This document shows positions 18,133 through 26,744 of a DNA stretch of 34,843 bases, piece by piece. Origin of the DNA: a virus; the IMG/VR virus record IMGVR_UViG_3300037104_000290, positions 1-34,843 of that record; one strand, written 5' to 3'. A model generated the notes under the pieces. The model was not told the DNA's origin and made no database searches. It saw only the letters and a program-made list of their open reading frames with translations. Position 1 is the stretch's first letter. Each line of letters begins with the position of its first letter. A program made the translations under genes and the position numbers.

Positions 18133-18813
18133 TTAGCTCACCAGCAAGGGGATCTCGGCAAACAGAATCGACGTAATGTATGTCGTCGAAGTTGCCGCAG
18201 GAGTCCCGCCGAAAGCTATAAGGCTGCCTGGGTTGATTTGAACTGCCCCCTCGAAGTCATGGAAAAGGGTGACGGGAGTTGAAATCGCATCTGTTCCACT
18301 CTTCCACATCGAAAGGCCAGGATAGTAGAACGCCGTCGGCTGCGCCGTATAGGTAACGGTTGCATTTGCGAACAGCGTCGATGCCGTCCCTTGTTTACCG
18401 AGGTTCGTACCGATGGGGGCAATGTTCGCGAAGGTGATGACCGGTGCTCCCGTTGCCGCCACAGACCCTGCACTATTCAGGAAGCATCCCACAAGACCCG
18501 TGATCACAGGAGTCCCCACGGCTCCGGGGGTAAGAGTGATCTTGAGGGGGATGACGAGCTTTCCAGACCCCGCCGGGTTCCACAGCACCGGCCCGTTTGT
18601 CAGGGTAGTATATACAGGGATGGTGAGCAGGGTTCCGCTGGCCGTATAGACCCAACCCCTTCGACACCATTCCATGTACTTCCCGCCCAACTCGCTCATC
18701 ATGACTTCCCCCTGGTTCCCAGCACGGAAGTTGGTGACTTGCGAGTCGCCGAGGTTTTTAGGCCCTATGGTAAGGGCACTCGAAAAATCTACTTTGCCGA
18801 TATCAGTAGCCAT
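18133..18813 (-). CDS. Virion-associated protein, paralog of 17449-18117
   Basis: ORF 18133-18933 trimmed to ATG 18813 (AAAGGAGAA SD). Confidence 0.5.
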   Translation of the reverse strand: MATDIGKVDFSSALTIGPKNLGDSQVTNFRAGNQGEVMMSELGGKYMEWCRRGWVYTASGTLLTIPVYTTLTNGPVLWNPAGSGKLVIPLKITLTPGAVGTPVITGLVGCFLNSAGSVAATGAPVITFANIAPIGTNLGKQGTASTLFANATVTYTAQPTAFYYPGLSMWKSGTDAISTPVTLFHDFEGAVQINPGSLIAFGGTPAATSTTYITSILFAEIPLLVS

Positions 18814-18829
18814 CTTTTTTCTCCTTTCG

Positions 18830-19441
18830 TTAGGTGTAGTTGTTGCTGACTTCGGTCCACTCAAGGCAGATGTTCCAAACCAGAACACCTGTAGCCCCGA
18901 GTAGAATGTCGTTGGTAATGACGAAACCTTCATTCGCCCTGATCGTGATAGGATTGGTGGCGTCCTGCTGTCCGAGAATCAGATCGGGATTGTTGGATGA
19001 TGTTCCGATGGCCGTAGACGATCCGATCCATGAATAGAGCGCCTGATCGTCAAGCGTCCTCGTTCCTGCCGTTAGTGTCGCCGTGGTGGCAATCCTCATA
19101 TCGCCGTTTCCAGCGAACAGAAGAGACTGCGGCATCGTGGTATCAAGCGCCTGGTCTTTGGTCTGTGTCGTGGTGATTGCCGTCCCACCCGAGTCACTAA
19201 TGGTCCAACTTCTGGCAAACCATAGTGAGTTAGCGATCGCCTGAGCGGTACCGTAGGCAGTCACCGTGTAGAAATCCAGCATGATCGACTGCACAATCAT
19301 CCTGGTGGACGTTGAGGTCCAACGGCATGATAAGATAGGGGCAGCCGCCGCAAGGCCCGCCACTACAGAGCCGGTATACATGGAGATACGATATCCGCCA
19401 CCAGCCGGTGCTCTCTTGGAATACGGAGGATTCAAAGCCAT
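18830..19441 (-). CDS. Virion-associated protein, possibly a third remote paralog
   Basis: 203-aa ORF with AGGAGG SD. Beta-rich Thr/Ser/Ala composition like its two neighbours. Confidence 0.45.
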   Translation of the reverse strand: MALNPPYSKRAPAGGGYRISMYTGSVVAGLAAAAPILSCRWTSTSTRMIVQSIMLDFYTVTAYGTAQAIANSLWFARSWTISDSGGTAITTTQTKDQALDTTMPQSLLFAGNGDMRIATTATLTAGTRTLDDQALYSWIGSSTAIGTSSNNPDLILGQQDATNPITIRANEGFVITNDILLGATGVLVWNICLEWTEVSNNYT

Positions 19442-19451
19442 TTATGGCCTC

Positions 19452-21314
19452 CTATGCCGGCCCCGCCGGCGCTGGCCCACCGCTCTGCGCGGGGGCAGTC
19501 ATAGGTCCGGGTCCAGCCGACGGCTGCCCTTGTAACGGTAGAGGCCCAGTCGGGCCTTGTACGTTCGGTGGTTTCATAGCGTTCTGCTGTGCAATAGCCT
19601 CTTGCTGCTGCTGCATAGCATTCGCCTTTGCCATGTCGTCCATGGCATCCATCTTGCCTTTGACGACATCAATTAGCTTTTTCAGCCTATCAAGCACTTC
19701 CTGTTTCTCATCGTTGGAGTCCAGACGCAAAAGTGTGTTGATCGTCTCACCAAAAAGCTGTTGAAGGTTGACACCCTCGAAGAAATCGTACTTGTCATCT
19801 TCAACCGCTCGCTCTATCACGCGCTGGCAATAATCGTAACTTGCCGAGGTGATGGAGTAGGCAGACTCAAGATCGGGAAATTCAAGAAGCACCGCTGCCA
19901 ACTCAGGTTTTATCACCTTCATGGCGATCAACTTCTCGATCTGCTCCATCTTCTTCTGCGGGTCTTTTGACAGTGAGGAAGACGCGGAGAACTGAATGGA
20001 GAACGATTCCCTTTCCTCTTTGATTTCAGCCCAAGTTATTCGAGCTCGGCCAAGTCTCTTGGGAAGGACTTCCGACTTGGCGGGAGCAACCTGAATGAAT
20101 ATGTTCGCCACGTCCATGAAGAAGTGGATGAATGACTGCAACCACGGATTGTGCCGGTCGCTCTCTACATCTTCCACAGTCTCAAGCGCAACACCGGAAG
20201 GATTGTTTCCCAGCGGATTTTTAGCCTGAGCCGACAATTGGGAAATACCGTTCATCTCCATGGCTTGAGAAATCCAAAATTGAAGTCCTTGCGTATAAGA
20301 TGGGTCGAGAGGAGCCGGGGTAGAAGTGACTACGGGAGTTGTCATGCCCGGCAGATACTTGTAAGGGTAAACTGCTCCGATCTCGTTGGAGATCATAGAG
20401 GCCTTTACACCCGTCCCCTCCACAACCCAGTGTATTTGAGCGGGGTTCAACTCGTAGGCGAGATGTATCTTGTGGCAGAGCGAATCGACTTGTGTCTGGA
20501 TGGTGAATGTATTGTCCGCCATAGAGACGGACTGGTTGCCTTTGATCGGCTGCTCGAGATAAAGAACAGCAGCGGGTGGGACATCGAAATCTATGTCAAC
20601 AATCTCGATAATCTTTCCAGCCGCGAAGGTGTATTTCTTTTTCTCGAATAGTGCGTAGTAAATGGACATCTCCCCACGGAGAAAAGGGGTATCAATTATA
20701 TCGTTGTACAGTTCTTTAGCCGCCGCCTTAGCCTCAGCATCAATCCCCTTGCCAGCCTTGATCTTGTCCTTGAGCTGTATTAGCGGATACATATGCTCGA
20801 CGACAGCGCATCGACTTAAGGGCCCACGGTTCCATTCCTTCGGGTCAACCAAGTATTCCCAAGGATTGAGAATGCGAAACTCTAGCTTGTCATCGTCGAG
20901 CCAAAGAATGCCGCGCTCGAAAATGTCAGCCCTTCGCGCAACCTCTATGGCTTTCCTATAAACATCCTGCTCCTCATAGAGCTGGTCGAAAAACAACTGA
21001 GCGTTTCGGCAAGTCTTGAGAGTCTTGAACGTGCCACCCGTAGGATTGAAGAACGGTCTTACTTTCGTCTCGCTAATCTTGGAAACGTGCGTATCAATGC
21101 AGACACGAATGACGTTAAGGTTCGGTACAGTCCCCTCGTCCTCTCCCTCGTCGGTATTGTAGTAGCTGAGGGCCTGACCATACTGATTGCGCAGGTCTTC
21201 AATGCGCCGTCCATTGTTGGCGTACCGGTTGAATGACCGTCGCCACTTGGTCATCATCTTATTGACTTCGGCACCGAGGAATGCAAGATCGTTTCTGACT
21301 TTATCGACGGTCAA
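19452..21314 (-). CDS. Portal protein
   Basis: 620-aa ORF downstream of the terminase and upstream of scaffold/capsid. TTG start in a TTGA overlap. Gln/Pro-rich C-terminal tail. Confidence 0.6.
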   Translation of the reverse strand: MTVDKVRNDLAFLGAEVNKMMTKWRRSFNRYANNGRRIEDLRNQYGQALSYYNTDEGEDEGTVPNLNVIRVCIDTHVSKISETKVRPFFNPTGGTFKTLKTCRNAQLFFDQLYEEQDVYRKAIEVARRADIFERGILWLDDDKLEFRILNPWEYLVDPKEWNRGPLSRCAVVEHMYPLIQLKDKIKAGKGIDAEAKAAAKELYNDIIDTPFLRGEMSIYYALFEKKKYTFAAGKIIEIVDIDFDVPPAAVLYLEQPIKGNQSVSMADNTFTIQTQVDSLCHKIHLAYELNPAQIHWVVEGTGVKASMISNEIGAVYPYKYLPGMTTPVVTSTPAPLDPSYTQGLQFWISQAMEMNGISQLSAQAKNPLGNNPSGVALETVEDVESDRHNPWLQSFIHFFMDVANIFIQVAPAKSEVLPKRLGRARITWAEIKEERESFSIQFSASSSLSKDPQKKMEQIEKLIAMKVIKPELAAVLLEFPDLESAYSITSASYDYCQRVIERAVEDDKYDFFEGVNLQQLFGETINTLLRLDSNDEKQEVLDRLKKLIDVVKGKMDAMDDMAKANAMQQQQEAIAQQNAMKPPNVQGPTGPLPLQGQPSAGPGPMTAPAQSGGPAPAGPA

Positions 21315-21559
21315 TATGCCTTCTCCCTTTCAGGATCAAGCACCGGCGTCTGGTAACGATCAAACGCATCCGCCTTCTTGAGATCGAGCTTTGTTCCGTT
21401 GGGAAATGAAAGCGTAGCTACGACATCAACCCGCGCCTCGTTGATAAGCGCCTGGATAATCCCATAGTCAGGGTCTTTGCCGATGAAACGCTTATAGGCC
21501 CTCTGTTGGGCTTCCTGTTGTTTGATTGCTCGATATGCTGCTCGGAGTTCTCGTATCAC
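21311..21559 (-). CDS. Hypothetical 82-aa protein
   Basis: GTG start at 21559, embedded in the conserved element 21555-21576. No SD. Confidence 0.5.
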   Translation of the reverse strand: MIRELRAAYRAIKQQEAQQRAYKRFIGKDPDYGIIQALINEARVDVVATLSFPNGTKLDLKKADAFDRYQTPVLDPEREKAY

Positions 21560-21606
21560 ACATATATAAGGTATGAGTCAAGGCGGTTTGGATTACATTT
21601 TAACTA

Positions 21607-21679
21607 TTCAGCGTGAAGGGGTTGAACCTCCAACCGCAGGCTCCAAAGGCCCGTGCTCTACCAATTGAGCTAACGCTGA
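21607..21679 (-). tRNA. tRNA-Gln (anticodon UUG)
   Basis: Hand-folded cloverleaf: acceptor TCAGCGT/ACGCTGA, D arm GCTC-AATTGGTA-GAGC, anticodon arm CGGGC-CTTTGGA-GCCTG, variable CGGTT, T arm GGAGG-TTCAACC-CCTTC, discriminator A. No encoded CCA. Confidence 0.85.
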
Positions 21680-21704
21680 CCGTAAACTACCATGCCAGAT
21701 CAAG

Positions 21705-22301
21705 TTATCTTACTTTAAATGACTTTATGGAATCCTTACTTAAAGCCACGGCTCCACCATTCCTTATTTTCACAAAATCACATTTCGTCTTTGAGTAAAA
21801 ATAAGACAGAGCCTCGCCATCATTAATATCCCAAAAACCCGCCGAATCAACTATATTGGTAGGGTTAATCTCTTCATGGAATAGCTCTTTTGCTCTTTCA
21901 ATGTTGTCACCCGAAGATTCTTGAATACGAATCATACATTCTGCTATGGCAGCAGGAGCCACATCCTTATTAGTGTCACGGTTCATCTTGTCAAACAACT
22001 TGTCCGTATTACCCTTGTCAGTGGCATCGAAAACCTTTGAGGGTTCCTTAATCGCCCAAACAGATCCCTTTTCTCCGGCATACATTTCTGCGGTGCCAGC
22101 ATCCCTTGTCATCTCAATAACATGTCCCCCATGTTGTAGGTCACCAGATCCATTTCTACCATGGACATACCATCCACTTGGAACGTCTCCATTCAATATT
22201 GATTCTTTTACTTTTTCATCGCTACTATCTGTTTTATTTTCATCCTTGATGAGAATATGACCCCCGTTAGATGTTACCCAGTGTCCATTTTCATCACTCA
22301 T
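21705..22301 (-). CDS. AT-rich moron protein with N-terminal GHWVT..GGHILI motif (as in MuF-type/polyvalent virion proteins)
   Basis: ORF 21705-22412 trimmed to ATG 22301 (TAGGAGG SD at 7-nt spacing). Visibly lower GC than the flanks. Confidence 0.55.
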   Translation of the reverse strand: MSDENGHWVTSNGGHILIKDENKTDSSDEKVKESILNGDVPSGWYVHGRNGSGDLQHGGHVIEMTRDAGTAEMYAGEKGSVWAIKEPSKVFDATDKGNTDKLFDKMNRDTNKDVAPAAIAECMIRIQESSGDNIERAKELFHEEINPTNIVDSAGFWDINDGEALSYFYSKTKCDFVKIRNGGAVALSKDSIKSFKVR

Positions 22302-22321
22302 GCCAAACCTCCTACCGCAAG

Positions 22322-22438
22322 CTAATGATGCGTTGAATCCCCTATTGCCATTACCAACAGAAACCAACCTATGCCAAGGAACGCGCACTCGGCTGCGAAC
22401 GTCATCAGCCACGCCATGAACTTGTCGAAATCAGTCAT
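22322..22438 (-). CDS. Possible 38-aa membrane peptide (MTDFDKFMAWLMTFAAECAFLGIGWFLLVMAIGDSTHH)
   Basis: Hand-translated. TAATG junction with the upstream minigene and a hydrophobic core. Confidence 0.3.
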   Translation of the reverse strand: MTDFDKFMAWLMTFAAECAFLGIGWFLLVMAIGDSTHH

Positions 22439-22611
22439 TACGTCACCCCCCTCGACCTGGTGCTCATGGGGAAGAGCACGGCCCCTCCCCCAGCGATCAC
22501 CCTAACCATTTTGTGACCGTCCTTCTGACAGTAGATGTCGGGGTCGTCCTTAATGCTATGATCTTCCTCCCGTACACGTTTGCAGACAGGGCACCGATAG
22601 AGATATGTCAA
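22438..22611 (-). CDS. 57-aa FmdB-like zinc-ribbon protein
   Basis: Hand-translated from TTG 22611 (TTGA overlap). YLYRCPVCKRV...IYCQKDGHKMVRV matches the FmdB-type Zn-ribbon pattern. Confidence 0.45.
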   Translation of the reverse strand: MTYLYRCPVCKRVREEDHSIKDDPDIYCQKDGHKMVRVIAGGGAVLFPMSTRSRGVT

Positions 22612-22949
22612 TTAACACTCCCCCCAGGAAGAACAAGCCCCGACATAGCCTCTTGCGCCTTCTGGATCAAGTCGGGCAGACCGCAATCAGTGATCATCAG
22701 AATCGAAGTCTTAGGCACCCTGATTTGTTTGGGCTGGAACTCGCTCCCCGATACCTTGATCATCTGGATATCAGCAATCCCCGTCTTTCTGCTCGATACG
22801 ATGATCACAAGCGTCTTGTCACCGTCGAATACCCACGAATCGCTATCCTCCCGTGCTGTCTCACTGTAGAAAAACTGACCAGTGAGTAGCTGGTAGATAC
22901 AGGGAATCCCCGCAGTCGCGTTCTTGCCATTCTTGTCAACCAAATGCAC
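22608..22949 (-). CDS. Hypothetical 113-aa protein
   Basis: GTG start at 22949, preceded by GGAAGGAGGA. Confidence 0.55.
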   Translation of the reverse strand: MHLVDKNGKNATAGIPCIYQLLTGQFFYSETAREDSDSWVFDGDKTLVIIVSSRKTGIADIQMIKVSGSEFQPKQIRVPKTSILMITDCGLPDLIQKAQEAMSGLVLPGGSVN

Positions 22950-22994
22950 TTAATCCTCCTTCCGCGTGATTACCTATGCGCGGCCCAGGAAATA

Positions 22995-23156
22995 CTATAT
23001 CTCTTTCAATGCTTTCTCTATCAATTCATCCATACCATGTCGACGAAGATATTTGAAGACCCGAACCATACAATCGTAGCACCATCCATCAGAAAACATG
23101 CCAGAGTTATTGACTTCAATCTTCCCGCATCCAAAGCAATGGAATTGTCCTTTCAT
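22995..23156 (-). CDS. 53-aa zinc-ribbon protein (CFGCG...CYDC)
   Basis: Hand-translated: MKGQFHCFGCGKIEVNNSGMFSDGWCYDCMVRVFKYLRRHGMDELIEKALKEI. ATGA overlap with the upstream stop. Confidence 0.5.
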   Translation of the reverse strand: MKGQFHCFGCGKIEVNNSGMFSDGWCYDCMVRVFKYLRRHGMDELIEKALKEI

Positions 23157-23443
23157 TTCCTTTTGAGCGGCTTTTTGAAATCAGGGTGCGGAGTTACATC
23201 CTCAATACCCAACCGCTTCCGCTGTCTCCTAATATCTTCTGCATTGGGTGCTGTGCACCATGTACAGTTGCAATCCCTGCACGGCATGGCTTGTGTCATC
23301 TGGTAATGCCGAGACAGTCGATGTCCACATTTGCACAGCATGGGAGCGGAGCGTGGGTCTTCTCGCTTCGATGCTTCTTGCATCTGCTCTTTCTCCATGT
23401 CGCGCATCCATGCAAGATCGCGTTTATCCGCCCAGCCCTTCAT
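23153..23443 (-). CDS. Cys-rich 96-aa protein, probable Zn-binding
   Basis: ORF 23153-23443. Contains CKCGH...H...CRDCNCTWC. Confidence 0.5.
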   Translation of the reverse strand: MKGWADKRDLAWMRDMEKEQMQEASKREDPRSAPMLCKCGHRLSRHYQMTQAMPCRDCNCTWCTAPNAEDIRRQRKRLGIEDVTPHPDFKKPLKRK

Positions 23444-23646
23444 CGCTCGATATTCTCCGGTACAGGTTCAGGCGGATCGATAGGACAGCCTACAATATCA
23501 AAAGGCTTATTAGCCTCGAATATCATGGCATCCGCTATATGATAGCTTGTCTTTGCAAGATCTTCACCCTTTACCATGCCTGGACTGGCAAGCAGTCCCT
23601 GCAAAGCAGCCATGGCGAATAGATCGCGCCGAGTCACTTCTTCCAT
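23440..23646 (-). CDS. Small phage protein with RDLFAMAALQGLLA motif
   Basis: ORF 23440-23700. Start probably ATG 23646, after the upstream minigene stop; earlier in-frame starts are possible. Confidence 0.5.
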   Translation of the reverse strand: MEEVTRRDLFAMAALQGLLASPGMVKGEDLAKTSYHIADAMIFEANKPFDIVGCPIDPPEPVPENIER

Positions 23647-23656
23647 TTCGTACACC

Positions 23657-23797
23657 TCATCCTCCCTTCTCAGCATTGCACTCTCTGACCTTTTTAGCAA
23701 GCGTTAGAAGCGCCTGCTCCCGGCTATTAGCCTTGTACCCATGCTCTACTTGTAGTTCGATAGTCTCGGCGATACACAACGCCTCGGATGGTGTCAT
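23657..23797 (-). CDS. 46-aa hypothetical protein
   Basis: Hand-translated: MTPSEALCIAETIELQVEHGYKANSREQALLTLAKKVRECNAEKGG. ATGA overlap with the terminase stop. Confidence 0.35.
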   Translation of the reverse strand: MTPSEALCIAETIELQVEHGYKANSREQALLTLAKKVRECNAEKGG

Positions 23798-25422
23798 CCT
23801 TGCCCTCCTGTAAATAGTTGTATTGGCCTCATGGCGTAGTGTACCGCCCGCATCTGATCAGGATGATACGTTTCGTCGTCTATCTCCCGCGTGAGTTGAT
23901 CCTGCTCATTGCGCTTGTAGATTGTCTTTAGACTCTCGTCCCACAGCGGGCCATCCTTACGACACTTAAAGACACCGCGCCTCGTCTCGTCCTGAAGCAG
24001 CTCGAAAGCCATCTCTTTTTCTTGATTGTAGGCTGCCTGTATCGGTAAGTGATAGGTATTATTGAGATCGAAGGGAGTGATAGCGTTGCCACCAGTGTCG
24101 GCATGGATATCAAAGTTTTTATTGACCACCTTAGAGAATATAGGCGATGTGTTGACATAGTCTATTCCAGCCCTACAGGCTTGTGCAATCTCTTCCGTTC
24201 CCTTACGATTCGCCTTCCACTCGTAGACAAGAAATCGTTGTGGTAAAGATATTGAGTAGCATACCACAGCGAGCGCGTCGGCGTCCTCAAACCCAAAATC
24301 CAAGCCGCTCGAAAAACGCACATCTGTAACAGGCTGTGAATCAATCCAAGCCTTAAGTTGAGCATCGTCAAAGCTATTCTCCTCCGTAAGTCTAAGCACA
24401 AGCGCATCATCATCATATGCTATCCTTCCTAGATACTCACGGATATAGAGCGGGTCAGTCTCTTTAAGGTTTTTCTCGGCGCGTATCATTTCTAGCTGGT
24501 GCTCGTGATCCGGGATGAAGGGGTTGTGCGTTAGGTTCCAATTGAGGCGCAGCGCGTCTGAGTACACCGGCGTTCCGTCGGGCTTCACACCCAGAAACAC
24601 CTCCTCCCAGTATGTACCCCGAACGCGCGGCCCCGTACCTCCCATAGCAAGCTGCCCCGCCTTGTCGATCAGCGTCGGCAGGATAATGGATTCCACGAGA
24701 TATCGAAGTTGCTTCTGCGACTGGCACTCATCTATGCCCACGCGATCCCAATACGGCCCGCGGTTCTTCTCCCGCTCGTCTTGGGTCGCGTTGCCGCCGA
24801 ACTTCATTATCCCATCATCTGCTGTGGTGATCGTTCCCTCAACGCGGTTGTGGCCTTTGATCTTGATGCCGAGGTCTTCCAACTTATCCAGCATCGGAGT
24901 CCAGAGCAAGCCCATAGCCGTGGTAGATGTGAGCCCGATATAGAGACAGCGTGCATCGCCGTGGTCAATGAACTCGTCAGCAAACCACTGGCGCAGGCCT
25001 ACCGTCTTCGCCCCGCGTCGCCCTGCCATGAGGAACAAATACTTCGACATGGTGAACAGGATCTGCCGCTGCATGTCTGTTGACTCTTTGTGCAATCGGT
25101 AGTGCAGAAAAGCGATCTCGCGCTTCTCCCCACGGGTCAGCCATTCGTCTATTTCGTCAAGTACATTGTCTTTGAATAGCCGCTCAGCAAGAAACCGCGA
25201 TTGCCAAGTGTTCTGCTTCTTGGCTCCCATCTTGAACTTGCTTAGGTAGTCGCGTAGGAATTGCTCCCCCTCACTCCCAGAGAGTAGGCCCATGAAGGAT
25301 TGAAGGGCGCGCTGTTTGTAGCCTGTACCGGCCGGACGCCCCGGACCCCCCGCTTTGCCTTCTTTGAACTGTGTATCCTTTTTTGTCCTTTTAATTTCTA
25401 CCGTGTCTGTACGTTTCGCCAT
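23794..25422 (-). CDS. terL: Terminase large subunit
   Basis: 542 aa. Walker A-like MAGRRGAKT, Walker B VGIDECQ, nuclease-domain GLDFGFEDADALAVV. Confidence 0.85.
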   Translation of the reverse strand: MAKRTDTVEIKRTKKDTQFKEGKAGGPGRPAGTGYKQRALQSFMGLLSGSEGEQFLRDYLSKFKMGAKKQNTWQSRFLAERLFKDNVLDEIDEWLTRGEKREIAFLHYRLHKESTDMQRQILFTMSKYLFLMAGRRGAKTVGLRQWFADEFIDHGDARCLYIGLTSTTAMGLLWTPMLDKLEDLGIKIKGHNRVEGTITTADDGIMKFGGNATQDEREKNRGPYWDRVGIDECQSQKQLRYLVESIILPTLIDKAGQLAMGGTGPRVRGTYWEEVFLGVKPDGTPVYSDALRLNWNLTHNPFIPDHEHQLEMIRAEKNLKETDPLYIREYLGRIAYDDDALVLRLTEENSFDDAQLKAWIDSQPVTDVRFSSGLDFGFEDADALAVVCYSISLPQRFLVYEWKANRKGTEEIAQACRAGIDYVNTSPIFSKVVNKNFDIHADTGGNAITPFDLNNTYHLPIQAAYNQEKEMAFELLQDETRRGVFKCRKDGPLWDESLKTIYKRNEQDQLTREIDDETYHPDQMRAVHYAMRPIQLFTGGQG

Positions 25423-25790
25423 TACTTCAATAGCTCCGGGTTTTCGTATATGTTGCCTACAATTTCACACTCAGGCCATGAACATATGAAATAGTTGCCT
25501 CCAAGTAGAAAAGAAGGCCAGTCGGCATCACTACGCCATTCAACGGGGCAGATTGCCGTATCTTTTCCCTTTCCAATTCTTACCAGATCCCCCTCGTATA
25601 TCTCGCGGCCTTTCTTGTCCTTGAGGCCGGTATACTGCATTAGAACGTGATCGGTTTCCCCTAACCAGTGCGTATCATGTCCATTTTGAACCGAATCGAC
25701 GGTCTGATTGATAATGGCTTCGATAGTCAGATCAAAAAACATTCTACCGCATTCTTTGTCCCACGCCCGAAACTTGATCTCTCTCATCAT
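25422..25790 (-). CDS. YopX family protein
   Basis: IKFRAWDK...LMQYTGLKDKKGREIYEGDLV...EIVGNIYENPELL is the classic YopX signature. Confidence 0.85.
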   Translation of the reverse strand: MMREIKFRAWDKECGRMFFDLTIEAIINQTVDSVQNGHDTHWLGETDHVLMQYTGLKDKKGREIYEGDLVRIGKGKDTAICPVEWRSDADWPSFLLGGNYFICSWPECEIVGNIYENPELLK

Positions 25791-25844
25791 TTCACCCTAT
25801 TCCACATGACCAGCATCTTTCCCATAACCTTGCTCAGAGTGAGT

Positions 25845-26489
25845 TTATTTCCTCTTCTTCGGTGCTGGTTTATCTCCACTATCTGACGCTTTGTCTCTGC
25901 TACCACATCGATATCCAAGCTCACCATGACCGCTTTTTTTGCCACTTCTTAAGTATTTCCAGATGTAAAATAACTCTTTGCCGTGGTCATAGATCCATTT
26001 TCGTCCAACAAATGATTCAATAGCAAGGATACTTGAACGATACGTTGCGCGGCGTTTAAGGATGAGGAGCACTCTTGCTCCAAGAGGATCCGAGCTGATT
26101 CCATCGAAATAAGGCCCTGATTGTAAAGATTTGTTTGCCGTTTCTCTTTTGCTCGACGGTTCCGGTATCCCTTCAAGCGACACGATTGATTTCTGGAATA
26201 CCGCTTTCGGGCCTTTGTGATCCGAGAGCTCATGGACAACTTCGATGTTAAGGACTTTCGCAAAGCTATATATTCGATAGGACGGATTGCGATATCGGGA
26301 GAGCACACGTGAAATGATGATTTGTACCGTATCGTCAAGTTCTCCGATTGGCAACTCATGCCTAGAAGCATAAGCCTTCGCCAGTCTCTCCGTGATATGT
26401 CGGCACTCCGCGTATAGACCCGACATCGCCCCGCGTTCGCCTGAAAAATATCTACGTTGGAACTCATGGCACAACCCTTCATTTATCAC
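25845..26489 (-). CDS. Sigma-70 region-2/region-4-like protein (late regulator) or small terminase
   Basis: LYAECRHITERLAKAYASRHELPIGELDDTVQIIISRVLSRY..P.Y.IYSFAKVLNIEVVHEL resembles ECF sigma region 2. First gene of the late block. GTG start with no SD. Confidence 0.35.
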   Translation of the reverse strand: MINEGLCHEFQRRYFSGERGAMSGLYAECRHITERLAKAYASRHELPIGELDDTVQIIISRVLSRYRNPSYRIYSFAKVLNIEVVHELSDHKGPKAVFQKSIVSLEGIPEPSSKRETANKSLQSGPYFDGISSDPLGARVLLILKRRATYRSSILAIESFVGRKWIYDHGKELFYIWKYLRSGKKSGHGELGYRCGSRDKASDSGDKPAPKKRK

Positions 26490-26497
26490 CGATCATC

Positions 26498-26525
26498 ACT
26501 ATACCATCTCCCTGGGAGTTGTCAA
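26498..26525 (-). promoter_or_regulatory. Sigma70-type promoter abutting the first late gene (near-leaderless)
   Basis: Minus strand: TTGACA (26525-26520), 16-nt spacer, TATAGT (26503-26498). GTG start at 26489, only 8 nt after the -10. Confidence 0.55.
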
Positions 26526-26625
26526 CATCAGCGGGGACGTATGCGCGGGGCCGCTCGCGCCTTAACACTCACAACCCCTTGGTACCATCCCCGCGTAATC
26601 TACTGTATCACATCACGGGGGAATG

Positions 26626-26674
26626 TCAAACAAAAACGAGAAAGGCGGAGTCTCCCTGGCTCGGGATTCCGCCT
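26626..26674 (-). terminator. Intrinsic terminator in the late-operon leader
   Basis: Minus strand: AGGCGGA-A-TCCC-GAGCCA-GGGA-GAC-TCCGCCT hairpin followed by TTCTCGTTTTTGTTTG. Confidence 0.6.
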
Positions 26675-26715
26675 CCCTTCCTAGCCCTCCCTCTTGGGGA
26701 CTATATGATAATCCA

Positions 26716-26744
26716 TATATAGCAAAACAATAGAAAGATTACAA
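26716..26744 (-). promoter_or_regulatory. Sigma70-type promoter driving a short terminated leader RNA
   Basis: Minus strand: TTGTAA (26744-26739), 17-nt spacer, TATATA (26721-26716). The terminator hairpin starts about 35 nt downstream of the predicted start. Confidence 0.5.
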
